NCBI GenBank assembly: GCA_002633005.1
Contig: NMRA01000910.1
Location: 67,733 to 101,788 of the forward strand
Direction of reading: 5' to 3'
DNA from: Phoronis australis
Taxonomy: Eukaryota > Animalia > Phoronida
Length of the DNA: 34,056 bases
Part shown: piece by piece, positions 1-12,399 of the stretch
How positions within the stretch are numbered: position 1 is the first letter of the stretch
How the letters are laid out: each line of letters starts with the position of its first letter
The notes under the pieces: generated by a model
Told to the model about the DNA's origin: nothing
What the model saw: the letters and a program-made list of their open reading frames with translations, nothing else
Databases searched by the model: none
Program-made: the position numbers and the translations under genes

Positions 1-349
1 AACGGTAAACTTACTAAGACATTAATATTATTTAACACCTCAAGCACAAGGTGGGTCATTTTTTCTTCAATTTCTTTCTCTTGCTTGATTACCGTGGAAA
101 CAGACTTGGACATATTTGACAGTGATGTTGTCACTGGCCCTGACCAAAGTTATTCTAGCTGTAAACTAACATGGCCATCAAGAGGTTTAGTCACTGTTAT
201 GAGCCAAATGTACATTCTAATATGCTGTTAAAAATTGACAGAGTAATATTACACTGGATAAGTCTTGTCATTTGTTGCAAAGGCCATATGTATGGTATCA
301 TTCATTCACAATAGGGCCTCTGAAGTTTGCTTAAAACATGCATCTGTCC

Positions 350-1650
350 ACAATTGATTTACTGAGCCAGTGTGTTCAAGGAAATTGAAGTGTATACACA
401 AGTGATTAATTGTCCTTGATATACCTAATGACTCTCCTCATGTTTTCTCAAACTGGCTATTTGTTACATACATTTTTCTTGTTTCCTCTGAAATGGAGTG
501 ATTTTCAGTTTTGAACCCTTATCACTGAGTATCTTATGAATTAAAAATATTTTATCAGCCATCACACTGCCCCCTTGTTCTAATAAGTCAGTTTAGTATT
601 GCTACATCTGATATTGAGCCTGTCTGCAGTGAGGATACAAATGTCATTGAGCCACGGGAAGCTATATAACTAGGGTTTTAAAGGCTGTGAACAACATTTT
701 GAGTTTGTCACAATTTACCAGTGAGTTTGGCTATAGATTTGCCTAGGTCAATTTTTTCCTACTTTCTGTTGCTACTGAGCAATTGAAACGTTCTGCCAAA
801 TTTTGCTCCGGCAATCCTTATATAAAGCTACAGAAAAACGAGATCATCAAGGGGACTGCAATACACCCAGGTCTGCCAACTCTGCTATGGGTTACCATGG
901 TATAACTTCCAATACAGCAAGTGGTTACATAATATACATTGGTGTACTAAGAGAATATCTACGTGGTTAACATGAACTTGAACTTTTCAGATTCAATACG
1001 GTTTTTAGTGTGTAAAAATTATGAAAGTCAGGGGTTACACCAGTGTTTGCATCATTGCATGACTGCTTGTTTTACTGTGAAATGATTCATTAATGAACTT
1101 GAGAGGGTATGTGTGTCACCTGCAGTTTTCTGTAATATATACAAATCTATATGACTTCTTTAGTCCAGCCTGACAACTCAAGCAGTCTGTGAATTAAGTC
1201 TTGTTTTTTGTGAATGAGTTTGTAGAACATTCAAAGTTTGTCATTTTCTTTAAATACCAGAAATTATTTAAAATAAAGTTTTACTTTGGAGAAGTTCTAA
1301 GTGCTACTAGGAAATGATGTGCTTGAAAGTTACTAGCTATTCAAGCATCAGGGCCACTGGTGATACACTAAAGAGTAAAGTCCGGAGAAGATATCAGATT
1401 GTGTCATAATTTACAAGCAAAGTTGGCCCATTGTATCTGAAAATCTTCACTAGACACTTTCCTATTAATTCTTAGTCAGTATGAAATTGATGAAATGACA
1501 TTACTTTGTTTCTTCTTCGGTTATTTGTACAGCAAGAGACACAGCAGTGTGCAATTGTTTATGTAGAGATTCACTGTAATCAGTTTCCTGTAGACTGGTC
1601 TGTACTAGCCTCCTGGGACTGGAATGTGAGTCATGCATAAATTTTGAGAA
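350..1650 (+). repeat. Interspersed repeat in HAUS3 intron, homologous to ~27355-28460
   Basis: Colinear shared blocks such as ttttatcagccatcacactgcccc, actgagcaattgaaacgt, cagcctgacaactca and ggaatgtgagtcatgcataaattttgagaaa; boundaries approximate. Confidence 0.8.
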
Positions 1651-2063
1651 AGGCCTTATTGGCAGGTTTGGTAAGTGCAGACAGACACATACCGTTTCAT
1701 TATGTGACTGGAGCCAGACCTGAGGGGATGACAGCTGGATCACCTTACATTCACTAAGGCTATGGTGAAGTTTTACATATGGTGAAAATCTCCATTAAAT
1801 TCTGGACAACTTTTATGTTGGCCTCTTTTCTACGAAATAAGCATTTCCCCTTCAAATTTCCAATTTAAAATTGGTAGGTCATTAGTGTGGGTGACCTTCT
1901 GAACATCACAGTGTACAGCAGTTGTGGTGACCTAATAACTCGGCACACAGTGAAAATAGTCTGAAGAGAGCCTCAGCAGGATAACTGTTAAGAAAACCTG
2001 TTGTTCTTACTGTCAGAAGTAAATTTTGAATGTTCATTGAAATATTCAACATTTCATTCTTAG

Positions 2064-2147
2064 TGATGAAATTGCTATGCTGAAAGAGGAAATAAAATAT
2101 GCATCAAAGCAGAAAGATCGGTTGGTGCAGCAGAGAAACAAACTGAG
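2064..2147 (+). CDS. HAUS3: HAUS3 exon (DEIAMLKEEIKYASKQKDRLVQQRNKL)
   Basis: ttcttag|...ag|gtgagc, 84 nt, phase 2-2, coiled coil ending RNK. Confidence 0.85.
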
Positions 2148-5100
2148 GTGAGCGGTGAATTTATTCTTGTTTGAGGAGTACTGAATGTATAAAATGTAAT
2201 TGGGAAGGGTGCTTGTGTGTGACGCTACATTTTATATAGAAACGAAAGAATGCAACTTGGGATGATATCATCATAGACGTATTTTTCACATTCCACGAGT
2301 ATCTTAACATACTACTTAAATGAATTGTTTTGGAACGAGATTGAAATTAAAAATTTAGGGAGCCTTTAGTGAGCCTTTTGATGATGACCCGCCATCTTGT
2401 TAATATATACGTCAACACTAGGTAGCGTGCACAGCTCGTTACCGAAGCGTCTGCTAGGTTGCATAGTGAACAAGATGGCGGGCCGTCATCGGAAGCTCTA
2501 AAAGACCCCTTTAATTTTTAGCTGTGAGTATGGTTTGAACCTCGTTCTTATGTTTTTGGCATCGAATTATATGTCAATAAAATATAGGTTATGCAGTCTT
2601 TTTAGTTGCTTGGCTACAGCTAGGCATACGACCTTGGGTAAAACCTGATCTTGGTTTCCTTGAAAAGGTTATAAACCTGTCAGTTCTAATTTCAGCCTCC
2701 ACCAGACGAGTCTGAGTGACAGACTGTCTAGTCTTGGTGAGATAGAAAAGCAAGCAAAACAAAACTATCAGACTGCTCTTGAACAGTGTCATGCCGACAA
2801 TACTCAGGTTAGTTGCAGGTGCAATGAACTTTTACTACTGTGACATGCCTTAAACTCTTGCTTGGCATTCTTACCCAGAACAGATTTCCTGAGACATATT
2901 TGACTTTCTGTGACAAAACCTGCACAAGGTCTTGCAAACATCAAACAAAGTCAATAAGTGCAGGCATGGATACTATACTGGAACATACCTTTGTCTGCAG
3001 TGCACGGCGGTCATGGGAACTGCATAGCTAGAATAGTTCCATTACCAGCTGGCATATTGTTCTGTGGAATCCATTTCCTTGGAAGTACATTTGCCTACCC
3101 AGAAAGTCATTTCTTCTCTCATCCTACGACACTTTTCCACTGAATGATGTACTAGGTGTTTGGCGATCTTAGAAGCATGGTGGACTTTTTGTTGCTCTTC
3201 CATTGACGTCGTGGCCTAACCTGTTGCTGCACTGCAGACGAAGGTCAGGTTGCCAAGTTACATTATTCCTAAAAGATGAAGTATCCGTGTCTGCATTAAT
3301 TTCACCTCTACAGAACTAGAATGAGTTGGTGTTTCATTTTTCAGCAATACAACAACGTAACTTCATTCTTGGCATGCAGTAAATGCACATTTCAAGCCAT
3401 TTGCGATGCATATGTGTGCATGTGTGTGTGTGCGTTTGTGTCCATGTGTGTGTGCATGGTCAGATGGTTTAGTTTTGGTACTCCTCTTTGAGACTGCAAA
3501 ACCAGTGAATACTTCATCTTTAGAAATTATCACCCAAAAATACCTGGGGCTTCTTTCGGGAAGAGTCTATAGCCAAAAGTTGATTTCTTGTCATTTGTCT
3601 TTGACTTCGAGTTGTAGACAGATTTTCTGACTTAAGCCTTATAGCTTGATTTTGTGACACAGGCCGAGAGGTTCATTTACTGATTTTTAGCCAAAATTCA
3701 AAAAAACAAAGATTCTTCGAGAGACATTCCCCTGGTAATTTGAAACCACAATACAGAAATGGATGGTTTTGTTATCATATCACCTCTATATTTTTAAGAT
3801 GGACAAGTGCTTGGAGAGTCTTGCTCAAGCTGTTCGTGATTTAAGCGCCCTCTACACATGTCTACAAGGCTCTGGGGAGCAGACGCCGGGCACCACGTCG
3901 GAACAGACACCATTTTTATCTCAGTTGTCTCTTAATAAGTATTATGGGATGGAACAGAAATACAGCCACGAAGTCAAGGCCTTTACCCAGAAACAGTTCT
4001 TCCAAGTAATTGTTTCCTCTTTGTACTCGACGAAATGTCTTGCTATTTGTGAAAGTATGAACGATCAGTCAAGTTCAATCTATGCAACTTTCATGTTTTA
4101 TTTTCTACAAGACTACTGGTCAAATTTTCGTATGTTGTAGTTCATATTAATCTTGTTGAGGGCCCTCTTGGAAAGCAGTGCTATCACTGAAGAGGCCACC
4201 CAATAATAAATAAATAAATAAATCTTAAACCAGCATTTCACCCTGCATAGCTGGCTAAAAACCAAATTTGAATTAGGAATTTAACTGTCATAAAATTGAT
4301 CGCGTAATATTCATTATCATGAGGGGTTTCTATTTATTTATGTATCAATTGAAGTCGCGAGCAATGCATACTTGCCTCATTTTCGATTTACGGTTGGCTG
4401 TTTCTCGAGTCGCTGGTGGTTTTGATTTTCGTGTTGGTAGCAGAAATAGGATCACTCTTGGGAACATTATGGAACACATTTTATGTGGATAAAGGCCTCA
4501 TTGGATTTTTGGTTTTTAGGCAACTTAACAGGNCGATAGCAATGTTTTCGCCAACTGAAGGAGAACAGGAATCATAGACATCCCGTGCACTCCGTCTATG
4601 GTGATCTGACACTTCAAACTTTCAACACGATAGGTAGCCGCAGAAAGTTCGATGTTGACCTCATTCTAATCTTCTCTGCAATCCACAGTCTGGGGACGAA
4701 AACAATTCAAAACCGCTCCTCGAAATAGGGCTTGCTTAGTTGGAATTCAGAACTGCGGTCATGAGAGTGTTTTCACCTCCTGATTGCGAAGCGATCGAGT
4801 TAGCTGTGGTATCTTCATCAGCGCGTGCTCTCAACGGGAGGTCACCGCTTTATGCACTCAAGCGGTCGACAACAACTAAACTGACGAGAGTCTCATAACT
4901 CCCACAAGCAAATTTGATATGCAAATGAGGGAGTACTTGACTACTGCGCCATCTATACATCGACGGAAAAGCTTAAATACCCGTGACTGCGTGTGGGAAA
5001 TTGCGATTGCGTGCGCTGAAGTCGATATTTTCAAAGTACAATTACACCACTATTTAAGGTTGAAAAGTGAGTTTTTTGATATCCTTCTATAGAAAAAGCT

Positions 5101-7919
5101 TTGATCTCTCTGATAAAATCATCTGTTTCCTTTTAAACGAAACTTAAGTCCTGAAATTAGTCCGGGGAAGGAGGCCAAAAACGGCGGTTTAGCTAGTTGT
5201 CCCTTCCTGGTTATCTCTTCCTGATATAAGTTAATATGCAGTCTTTTTAGTTGCTTGGCTACAGCTAGGCATAGGACCTTGGGTAAAACCTGGTCTTGGT
5301 TTCCTTGAAAAGGTTATAAACCTGTCAGTTCTAATTTCAGCCTCCACCAGACCAGTCTGAGTGACAGACTGTCTAGTCTTGGTGAGATAGAAAAGCAAGC
5401 AAAACAAAACTATCAGACTGCTCTTGAACAGTGTCATGCCGACAATACTCAGGTTAGTTGCAGGTGCAATGAACAGTTACTACTGTGACATGCCTTAAAC
5501 TCTTGCTTGGCATTCTTACCCAGAACAGATTTCCTGAGACATTTTTGGCTTCCTGTGACAAAACCTGCACAAGGTCTTGCAAACATCAAACAAAGTCAGT
5601 AAGTGCAGGCATGGATACTATACTGGAACATACCTTTGTCTGCAGTGCACGGCGGTCATGGCAACTGCATAGCTAGACTAGTTCCATTACCAGCTGGCAT
5701 ATTGTTCTGTGGAATCCATTTCCTTGGAAGTACATTTGCCTACCCAGAAAGTCATTTCTTCTCTCATCCTACGGCACTTTTCCACTGAATGACGTACTAG
5801 GTGTTTGGCGAGCTTAGAAGCATGGTGGATTTTTTGTTGCTCTTCCGTTGACGTCGTGGCCTTAACCTGTTACTGCACTGCAGACGAAGGTCAGGTTGCC
5901 AAGTTACATTATTCCTAAAATATGAAGTATCCGTGTCTGCATTAATTTCATTTCTACAGAAATAGAATGAGTTGATGTTTCATTTTTCAGCAATACAACA
6001 ACGTAACTTCATTCTTGGCATGCAGTAAATGCACATTTCAAGCCATTTGCGATGCATATGTGTGCATGTGTGTGTGCATGGTCAGATGGTTTAGTTTTGG
6101 TACTCCTCTTTGAGACTGCAAAACCAGTGAATACTTCATCTTTAGAAATTATCACCCAAAAATACCTGGGGCTTCTTTCGGAAAGAGTCTATAGCCAAAA
6201 GTTGATTTCTTGTCATTTGTCTTTGACTTCGAGTTGTAGACAGATTTTCTGACTTAAGCCTTATAGCTTGATTTTGTGACACAGGCCGAGAGGTTCATTT
6301 ACTGATTTTTAGCCAAAATTCAAAAAACAAAAGATTCTTCGAGAGACATTCCCCTGGTAATTTGAAACCACAATACAAAAATGGATGGTTTTGTTATGGT
6401 ATCACTTCTATATTTTTAAGATGGACAAGTGCTTGGAGAGTCTTGCTCAAGCTGTTCGTGATTTAAGCGCCCTCTACGCATGTCTACAAGGCTCTGGGGA
6501 GCAGACGCAGGGCACCACGTCGGAACAGACACCATTTTTATCTCAGTTGTCTCTTAATAAGTATTATGCGATGGAACAGAAATACAGCCACGAAGTCAAG
6601 GCCTTCACCCAGAAACAGTTCTTCCAAGTAATTGTTTCCTCTTTGTACTCGACGAAATGTTTTCTGCTATTTGTGAAAGTATGAACGATCAGTCAAGTTC
6701 AATCTTTCGCAACTTTCATGTTTTATTTTCTACAAGACTACTATTAATCTTGTTGAGGGCTCTCTTGGAAAGCAGTGCTATCACTGAAGTGGCCACCCAA
6801 TAATAAATTAATAAATAAATAAATAAATCTTAAACCAGCATTTCACCCTGTATAGCTGGCTAAAAACCAAATTTGAATTAGGAATTTAACTATCATAAAA
6901 TCGATCGCGTAATATTCATTATCATGAGGGGTTTCTATTTATTTATGTATCAATTGAAGTCGCGAGCAATGCATACTTGCCTCATTTTCGATTTACGGTT
7001 GGCTGTTTCTCGAGTCGCTGGTGGTTTTGATTTTCGTGTTGGTAGCAGAAATAGGATCACTCTTGGGAACATTATGGAACACATTTTATGTGGATAAAGG
7101 CCTCATTGGATTTTTGGTTTTTAGGCAACTTAACAGGAAAAAAGGCAGCTTTAATAGTTTTAGGTTTTGTCGGCCTGTTGCTTCCATTTCTGACACATTG
7201 TAAACACTACTGAAGTAAAGTTAGCGTGGTTTACAATATTTAAAAGCTGTTGAAAGGATGTCAAACCCAAATAGTGGGAAAGTATATTAATAGAGATTTT
7301 ATATTTATTTGATGTTTGACTTTAGGGTATATCCGAGATGGCTGGCCAACGTGATGGAACACGCTATGAATTCCTGGAGATCAGTCATCCAGAATCACTG
7401 CTGGTCAAAGGTGAAAGTGCAGAGGTCAAAGAAGCAGACTGTGCTGAGCTGGCCCGACTGCAGGAAGTGTATGTTAAGTTAAACTTTACTGCGTTTCTAA
7501 TTACAAAGCGAATGCAATAGTACTTATGTCTTGCAAGCTTGGTGAGATCGTGTGAGATGAAGCTACTTCGTCATAAGTTCTTGAATCAGCTTTCTGTCAT
7601 TTGTTTATTTACAGCTATCCTGTCAGTGAGTCCAAGCGCGTGGCGGCCTCTGTGGAGCAGGCAAGTGTGGTAGCCATGTGTGAAAGTGCCACAGAACAAC
7701 TGAGGGAATTACGGCAGGATACATCTGTGCCGGATGTCAACAAACTCAGGTAGCTGAGTGTTTAGCTCTCTTTTAAGATTATATACAGTACAGTTCATTT
7801 TTGCACGCCTTTATGTACTTAGGACACANNNNNNNNNNNNNNNNNNNNNNNNNNNNNNNNNNNNNNNNNNNNNNNNNNNNNNNNNNNNNNNNNNNNNNNN
7901 NNNNNNNNNCCCACCCACA

Positions 7920-7973
<54 letters not shown>

Positions 7974-10900
7974 TGCTAGACTCTGGTTTTACTCTTTATG
8001 ACCTGAATACGAATTGATATAAGACAGCCTAAAACAATTTCTTCAAAATCTTTTTGTCGCCTCAACCACTGCATTTATTCACATTATTTTATGAAAAAGG
8101 ATGAATATTAATCGCATCGACATTGTCCACTTGTGCACGCAGGAATTACCCAGTTTTTTGTTCTCATATAAGTAATATTTGCAATCCCTCTCTCTCACTT
8201 GGACAATTATTCCATTCATGTTATTTATTTACCAATCTGTGAATGCTCGCAGGAAGAAATCGAATTGTTTCTGCTGCCCGTTAAATGTTTCAGTAGATGA
8301 CCTGCAGGTGGTCTATACTTTTTGGAGTCTGTAAAGTAACTTGACTGTACAGAAATAGGGAATCTTGGGTTAGATTCTTCATGGAAAAACAATGACATAC
8401 CTTTTTGTTTCCTGTCTAGCCGTGACTTTCAGTCAGCCCAGTCTATGCTGTCTCCACTGCGACGGGAAGTGTCCCAACTGTCCGAGTCGGAAATACCTGC
8501 TCTCATCAACCAGAATGCCATCTCTAGGCTAACACCGATACTAAGGGGAGACTATAACTTGAAGTTATCGCGTCAAAGTTATCTCACCTCCAATCAAGAT
8601 AAGGTAAATCATTTGAATATCCATTTATCTCTTTTTGAGAGTACAGTGGACTGTGAGTGACAAAAACTTGCAGTTACTGTGCCTTTTTTAAAATAAGTGT
8701 GACATATATTGTTTTCATTACACGACCATACTTTTTTCCCAAAACCTAAAAGGTGCAAATATTTCTGTAAAAATTCACGTTGTCCCATTTTAGGTAATCG
8801 ATCATTTGATTGGTCAGCGAGCACGTTGTGAGTTCCTGACAATGGCGTACGAGATTGAGTCTCGTAACCATCGTGAGTGCCACCGCCTCCTATTGGCCAT
8901 TTCCACACAGCTGCAGAAGAATATCAAACTGTTGGAAGATAAAATGGTGAGTTGTTGCTATGGATACCATACAGTCACAAAGTATTTTGAGGACATAGAT
9001 TTAAAATCCATATTTTAATTTCTGTTTCAGCTTCTTGTTTGTAAACAATCCAGTCCTCTGCCAGTATTCTCTCTGTTGGCAGTTCAAGTGGAATGGTGTT
9101 TTTTTTAGTAATTTTGACATGTTTTAATTGTACTGACAAGTATTCGGAACCTTTTTAGTCAAGCTTTGTAAAAAGCAGTATTAACAAGGAAAAAGCACTG
9201 TATGCAAGTCATACAATTCAACCAACCACTACGTGTCTCCTCGGCTGAATGCTTGATGACTTGTATTAATTTCATCACATTCTTCTGGGGTTGGTGCCCA
9301 AGGCAAATTGTTATTGTTGAGGTTTGGGACTTAAAATCAGCTTGGAAATCTTGGCCATTAAACGCTGTTACCATTAAAGTTTACTTGGACTGGAAGACTT
9401 TCAGCATCATGTCTTGTTGGACGAATTGTTATTATTTATAATTTCGTTTTTGCAGAAATCAACTAAAAACTTAAAGGGTTCAGAAAACTTGATAATAAAT
9501 AAATTTATGCTAAAATGACTAGAAATGCTATTTAGATATACGGGTGAAATTGATGTGATAATATTCATGTAGATCAAAAGATCTGAACTTACATGAATGG
9601 GATGCATACAGTCATTCCTGTAGCTTGTCAAGTAAAGACAATTTTTTCCCAACAGAAGCTCTTGGTAGACCCGGCATTGTCACCTACCCACCACCAGAGG
9701 GAGACAGTAGACACAAGGGACAAGTTCATCACTGGTCTTTACCACATTATTGGTAACTACTTGAGAGTTTCTTAGTGCAAAACAATGGTCACTTTAGACT
9801 TGTTGTGTTGTTTAGTGAGTCTTACTTTTATTCACAATAATTAGCATTCATCTGTTTATAGCTTTGACTGAATTGGTAATAGTCATTTGAAGGGTGTCCC
9901 CGCATTTTGAGAACCAGTTTGATGCCAGTTGTTCAGTGGAGAAACTGGTTCTCAAAATGCAGGATCCTGTAAGTGACTATTGTCACTAAATTTTTTTATT
10001 TGGTTGTCATTATCAGGAATACTACTTTGTGTTTTAAACAAGATGCACATCTGCTATTTGTTTGCTTAGGCCAAGAAATGGATGAAGACAAGAAGCAAAT
10101 ATTCATCACGTACAAAAGTCTGCTAGAGGGCGCCAGTCGACTGGGTCAGCAACTGAGTACCTTAGAAGATTCTCTTTCTTCGTCAGCCTCTGGTCAAGAT
10201 GGCCGACTTCGTAATCTGTTAGTAGTTTAGTCATTACATTTACGTGGCCTGTTGCTTTGTCAGTTTGTGGAACAAAACTTGAACTCTCATTACAATTTTT
10301 CACAATTTCAGCTACATTCTGAGCCTCACCAACCCTTGGGTTTTCAGATTTTTTAAACTGTCCAAATTCTTATTTTGTCACGCCTGCACGGATCTTCATC
10401 TTGGTGCTGTAGCATTGAAAATTTGCCTGTCATTGACTGACAGAGGTGCTGATACTTTTAGGCCTATCAGAGCATGTTCAAGGTATAAGGCTATTTGATG
10501 AGTGCATTTTCTTTACAGTGGTCTGACATAGTCTGCACTTAATTATTAGACTATTGTTTAATTGAGTGTTGCTAAAACAAGTGGTGCTTGTTGAAAAACT
10601 TTCATTGCACGGTTAAAATTACTTTGCTATTTTCATTTTGATTCCTCCTTTATTTAGAGAGAAAAATCTAGAGAGCTGTGAGAATCTAGTGTATGCAGGG
10701 TCCAGCACCACCAGTGGTCAGCCTCAACTGACCCCGAGACAACTACAGGACAGTCTGACACAACTGGACACGATCACAAAAAAACTGGAAGTGACCATTA
10801 AGAATGTGCTGAAGGAGGTTGATGCTAAGAAGCGGGTAAATTAACAATCACTAAATCTTCATCACCTTAGTTTAGTATTTTAAGGTGTCTTTGTACGAAC

Positions 10901-11881
10901 TCGTAACGCCATCTGCCAGTTGGCAATGGAACCTTCCTATTTCCAGCCATGTTATGTTTAGTACAAAGTAACAAGGAAATCACTTCCAACTACTGAATTC
11001 AGTCCTCACCACAACAATGTTTGTGCCATATAAGTTAAGACCAATTTTCTAACAGCAAGTGGTCGAATTCAAGAGTTAATGTTTTTAACATCCTTTTGGG
11101 CATGTCAACATTGTGACCTGGCGTGTGTCTAGAGACTGGTCAGTCCGCCTGTTTTGAGTATTTTGTAATTAATAATAGACTTTGTGGATAAGTAATGGCT
11201 GTTTTGGTTCCATTAATGTCGAATATACAGAGCTAATTGTATTCTCATTTTGGTTTACATCGTTGCTCAGCAGCATTGAAATTTTGCTTGATGATTAGCA
11301 AACAACCTAGTATCATTTGTCTCAACGCATATCTATGGGGAATTGATATTGTTTTAAAAATGTATTGTGAACAGGAAATTTTATGATAAATCATGAGGAT
11401 TTTTAATGCACTTTGTTCTATGGTGTATTTGTGAGCATACATTTGTTAAAAAAGAAGCACCGATGGAACAGTTTCGTGTGTAAGACTTCTGAATTATTCT
11501 TTCTTTGTGTCTCCACATGTTAAAGGCATATTGATAGCTGTTTAGGTAACGTCACCTTGGGACTTCCTTTTTCGCACAATGTCTAGTATCAGATGTTTCG
11601 ATGAGTACACTTTAATGTTGTCTGTGGTGATACTGTGGTCGGAATGGAGCTCATGGGGGGTTTTTTAGCTTAACAAACTGCTTCAGAATTATTTCATTTT
11701 AAAGTTGGCCATTTTTAACCTAATGTAACGCTCAAAATGTTTTTCATTGCAGAGTCTTCAGTCTGATCGCTTTTTGGCGACCGAGCGAGACATGTTCCCA
11801 TACTTTTTCAATGATCCTGGCCAACTGAGGGCAGCACTTGATGAAGTGACTACTCAGCTGAATGCACAGAATGTCAAGTGA
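2064..11881 (+). CDS. HAUS3: HAUS augmin-like complex subunit 3, 5'-partial multi-exon gene (11 coding exons in window)
   Basis: Exons 2064-2147, 2696-2807, 3799-4005, 7326-7468, 7615-7749, 8420-8603, 8794-8946, 9656-9752, 10070-10217, 10658-10835, 11753-11881 have AG/GT boundaries and compatible phases and join into one ORF ending TGA at 11879-11881. Motifs FLSQLSLNKY..AFTQKQFFQG, ELARLQ, PILRGDYNLKLSRQSY, FLTMAYEIE, LVDPALS..RETVDTRD and ERDMFPYFFND match HAUS3 as recalled from vertebrate orthologues. Confidence 0.93.
2333..2548. mobile_element. MITE-like foldback remnant
   Basis: Nested imperfect inverted repeats: gaacgag/ctcgttc, aaaaatttaggg/cccctttaattttt, cccgccatcttgtt/aacaagatggcggg. 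Confidence 0.6.
2696..2807 (+). CDS. HAUS3: HAUS3 exon (LHQTSLSDRLSSLGEIEKQAKQNYQTALEQCHADNTQ), copy A
   Basis: atttcag|...cag|gttagt, 112 nt, phase 2-0, bridges the flanking exons in frame. Confidence 0.85.
2958..3296. mobile_element. MITE-like inverted-repeat remnant (second copy ~5603-5942)
   Basis: tgcaggcatggatact / agtatccgtgtctgca and cctttgtctgcagtgca / tgcactgcagacgaagg are inverted pairs. Confidence 0.5.
3799..4005 (+). CDS. HAUS3: HAUS3 exon (MDKCLESLAQ...AFTQKQFFQ), copy A
   Basis: tttttaag|...caa|gtaatt, 207 nt, FLSQ..KQFFQ motif. Confidence 0.9.
4534..5230. mobile_element. Copy-B-specific sequence, probable end of a non-autonomous element
   Basis: CpG-rich, absent upstream of copy A, contains ATGCAAATGAG and GCGCCATCTA motifs; left end lost at the N. 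Confidence 0.4.
5341..5452 (+). CDS. HAUS3: Second copy (probable other haplotype) of HAUS3 exon 2696-2807
   Basis: Same splice sites; one synonymous difference seen (acg/acc). Confidence 0.75.
6421..6627 (+). CDS. HAUS3: Second copy (probable other haplotype) of HAUS3 exon 3799-4005
   Basis: Same splice sites; T>A, P>Q, G>A and one synonymous change relative to copy A. Confidence 0.8.
7326..7468 (+). CDS. HAUS3: HAUS3 exon (GISEMAGQRDG...CAELARLQEV)
   Basis: tttag|...gt|gtatgt, 143 nt, phase 0-2. Confidence 0.9.
7615..7749 (+). CDS. HAUS3: HAUS3 exon (YPVSESKRVAAS...PDVNKL)
   Basis: tttacag|...ag|gtagct, 135 nt, phase 2-2. Confidence 0.85.
7910..7971 (+). repeat. (CA)n microsatellite next to assembly gap 7829-7909
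   Basis: Directly visible. Confidence 0.97.
8420..8603 (+). CDS. HAUS3: HAUS3 exon (RDFQSAQSML...GDYNLKLSRQSYLTSNQDK)
   Basis: gtctag|...aag|gtaaat, 184 nt, phase 2-0. Confidence 0.92.
8794..8946 (+). CDS. HAUS3: HAUS3 exon (VIDHLIGQRARCEFLTMAYEIE...LEDKM)
   Basis: ttttag|...atg|gtgagt, 153 nt, phase 0-0. Confidence 0.92.
9656..9752 (+). CDS. HAUS3: HAUS3 exon (KLLVDPALSPTHHQRETVDTRDKFITGLYHII)
   Basis: caacag|...g|gtaact, 97 nt, phase 0-1. Confidence 0.9.
9902..9960. repeat. Perfect 19-bp inverted repeat with 21-nt loop in HAUS3 intron
   Basis: gcattttgagaaccagttt (9902-9920) / aaactggttctcaaaatgc (9942-9960). Confidence 0.9.
10070..10217 (+). CDS. HAUS3: HAUS3 exon (QEMDEDKKQIFITYKSLLEG...DGRLRNL)
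   Basis: gcttag|...ct|gttagt, 148 nt, phase 1-2. Confidence 0.9.
10658..10835 (+). CDS. HAUS3: HAUS3 exon (EKNLESCENLVY...EVDAKKR)
   Basis: tatttag|...cgg|gtaaat, 178 nt, phase 2-0. Confidence 0.9.
11753..11881 (+). CDS. HAUS3: HAUS3 terminal coding exon (SLQSDRFLATERDMFPYFFNDPGQLRAALDEVTTQLNAQNVK*)
   Basis: cattgcag| acceptor, ER.F.YF..D C-terminal motif, TGA stop. Confidence 0.92.
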   Translation, partial: SLQSDRFLATERDMFPYFFNDPGQLRAALDEVTTQLNAQNVK

Positions 11882-12399
11882 GGAGAAGTGGAGACCAGTT
11901 TGAAAATCGAGACAAATATGGTTTGAGTGTTGTTTTTGTAAATTATTTTCTTTGTTTATGTTACTTACATTACAACAGTGTTTTCCACAAATATCTCGAC
12001 TAGTCGCAGTCGTAGGTATCGATTTTGTTGTGAAGCGTCGAGCTTGGCAGCAACGAGTTTGAAAAACAATGCAATGGACGAGTAGATTGGTCATTGTGAA
12101 GCATTTACCTTCAGCTCAACGAGTGGGTTCTAAGGTGTTATAAACCCCACACAGTGCGTACCTGAATTTTCTAACAGGAGCACTGATTTAGCAATTTTTG
12201 TGGAATTTGAATTTTGTGTTGTGAAGAACGCTGCTTGGTTTCGACTGTTGAGATATTTGTGAAGGTTTGTGAAAGGGCTTGACAAAATATCATTGGAACG
12301 AAAATGTCACAGCAGTAATTTTCAATGGTTTGATTTTGTTCACTTGAATGACCAAGCTGTTATATCCAAATGCATGTTCACATAACGTATTCCTCGGTT

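Larger units (their letters stand above)
2590..7137 (+). repeat. Near-identical direct duplication 2590-4532 / 5235-7137 (probable uncollapsed haplotypes)
   Basis: Copy A ends exactly at the single N at 4533; scattered SNPs and small indels between copies. Confidence 0.9.

Noticed and set aside
1-10. aacg|gtaaac as the donor of the preceding HAUS3 exon
   Set aside because: Plausible but only 4 exonic bases are visible; cannot be supported.
2589-6252. Repeated small ORFs (MTLFKSS, MTCLKLL, MQAWILY, MHMCAC)
   Set aside because: Intronic or antisense-to-exon frames that recur only because the segment is duplicated.
7758-8001. ORFs with HT/CV repeats and X runs
   Set aside because: Translations of an N gap and a (CA)n microsatellite.
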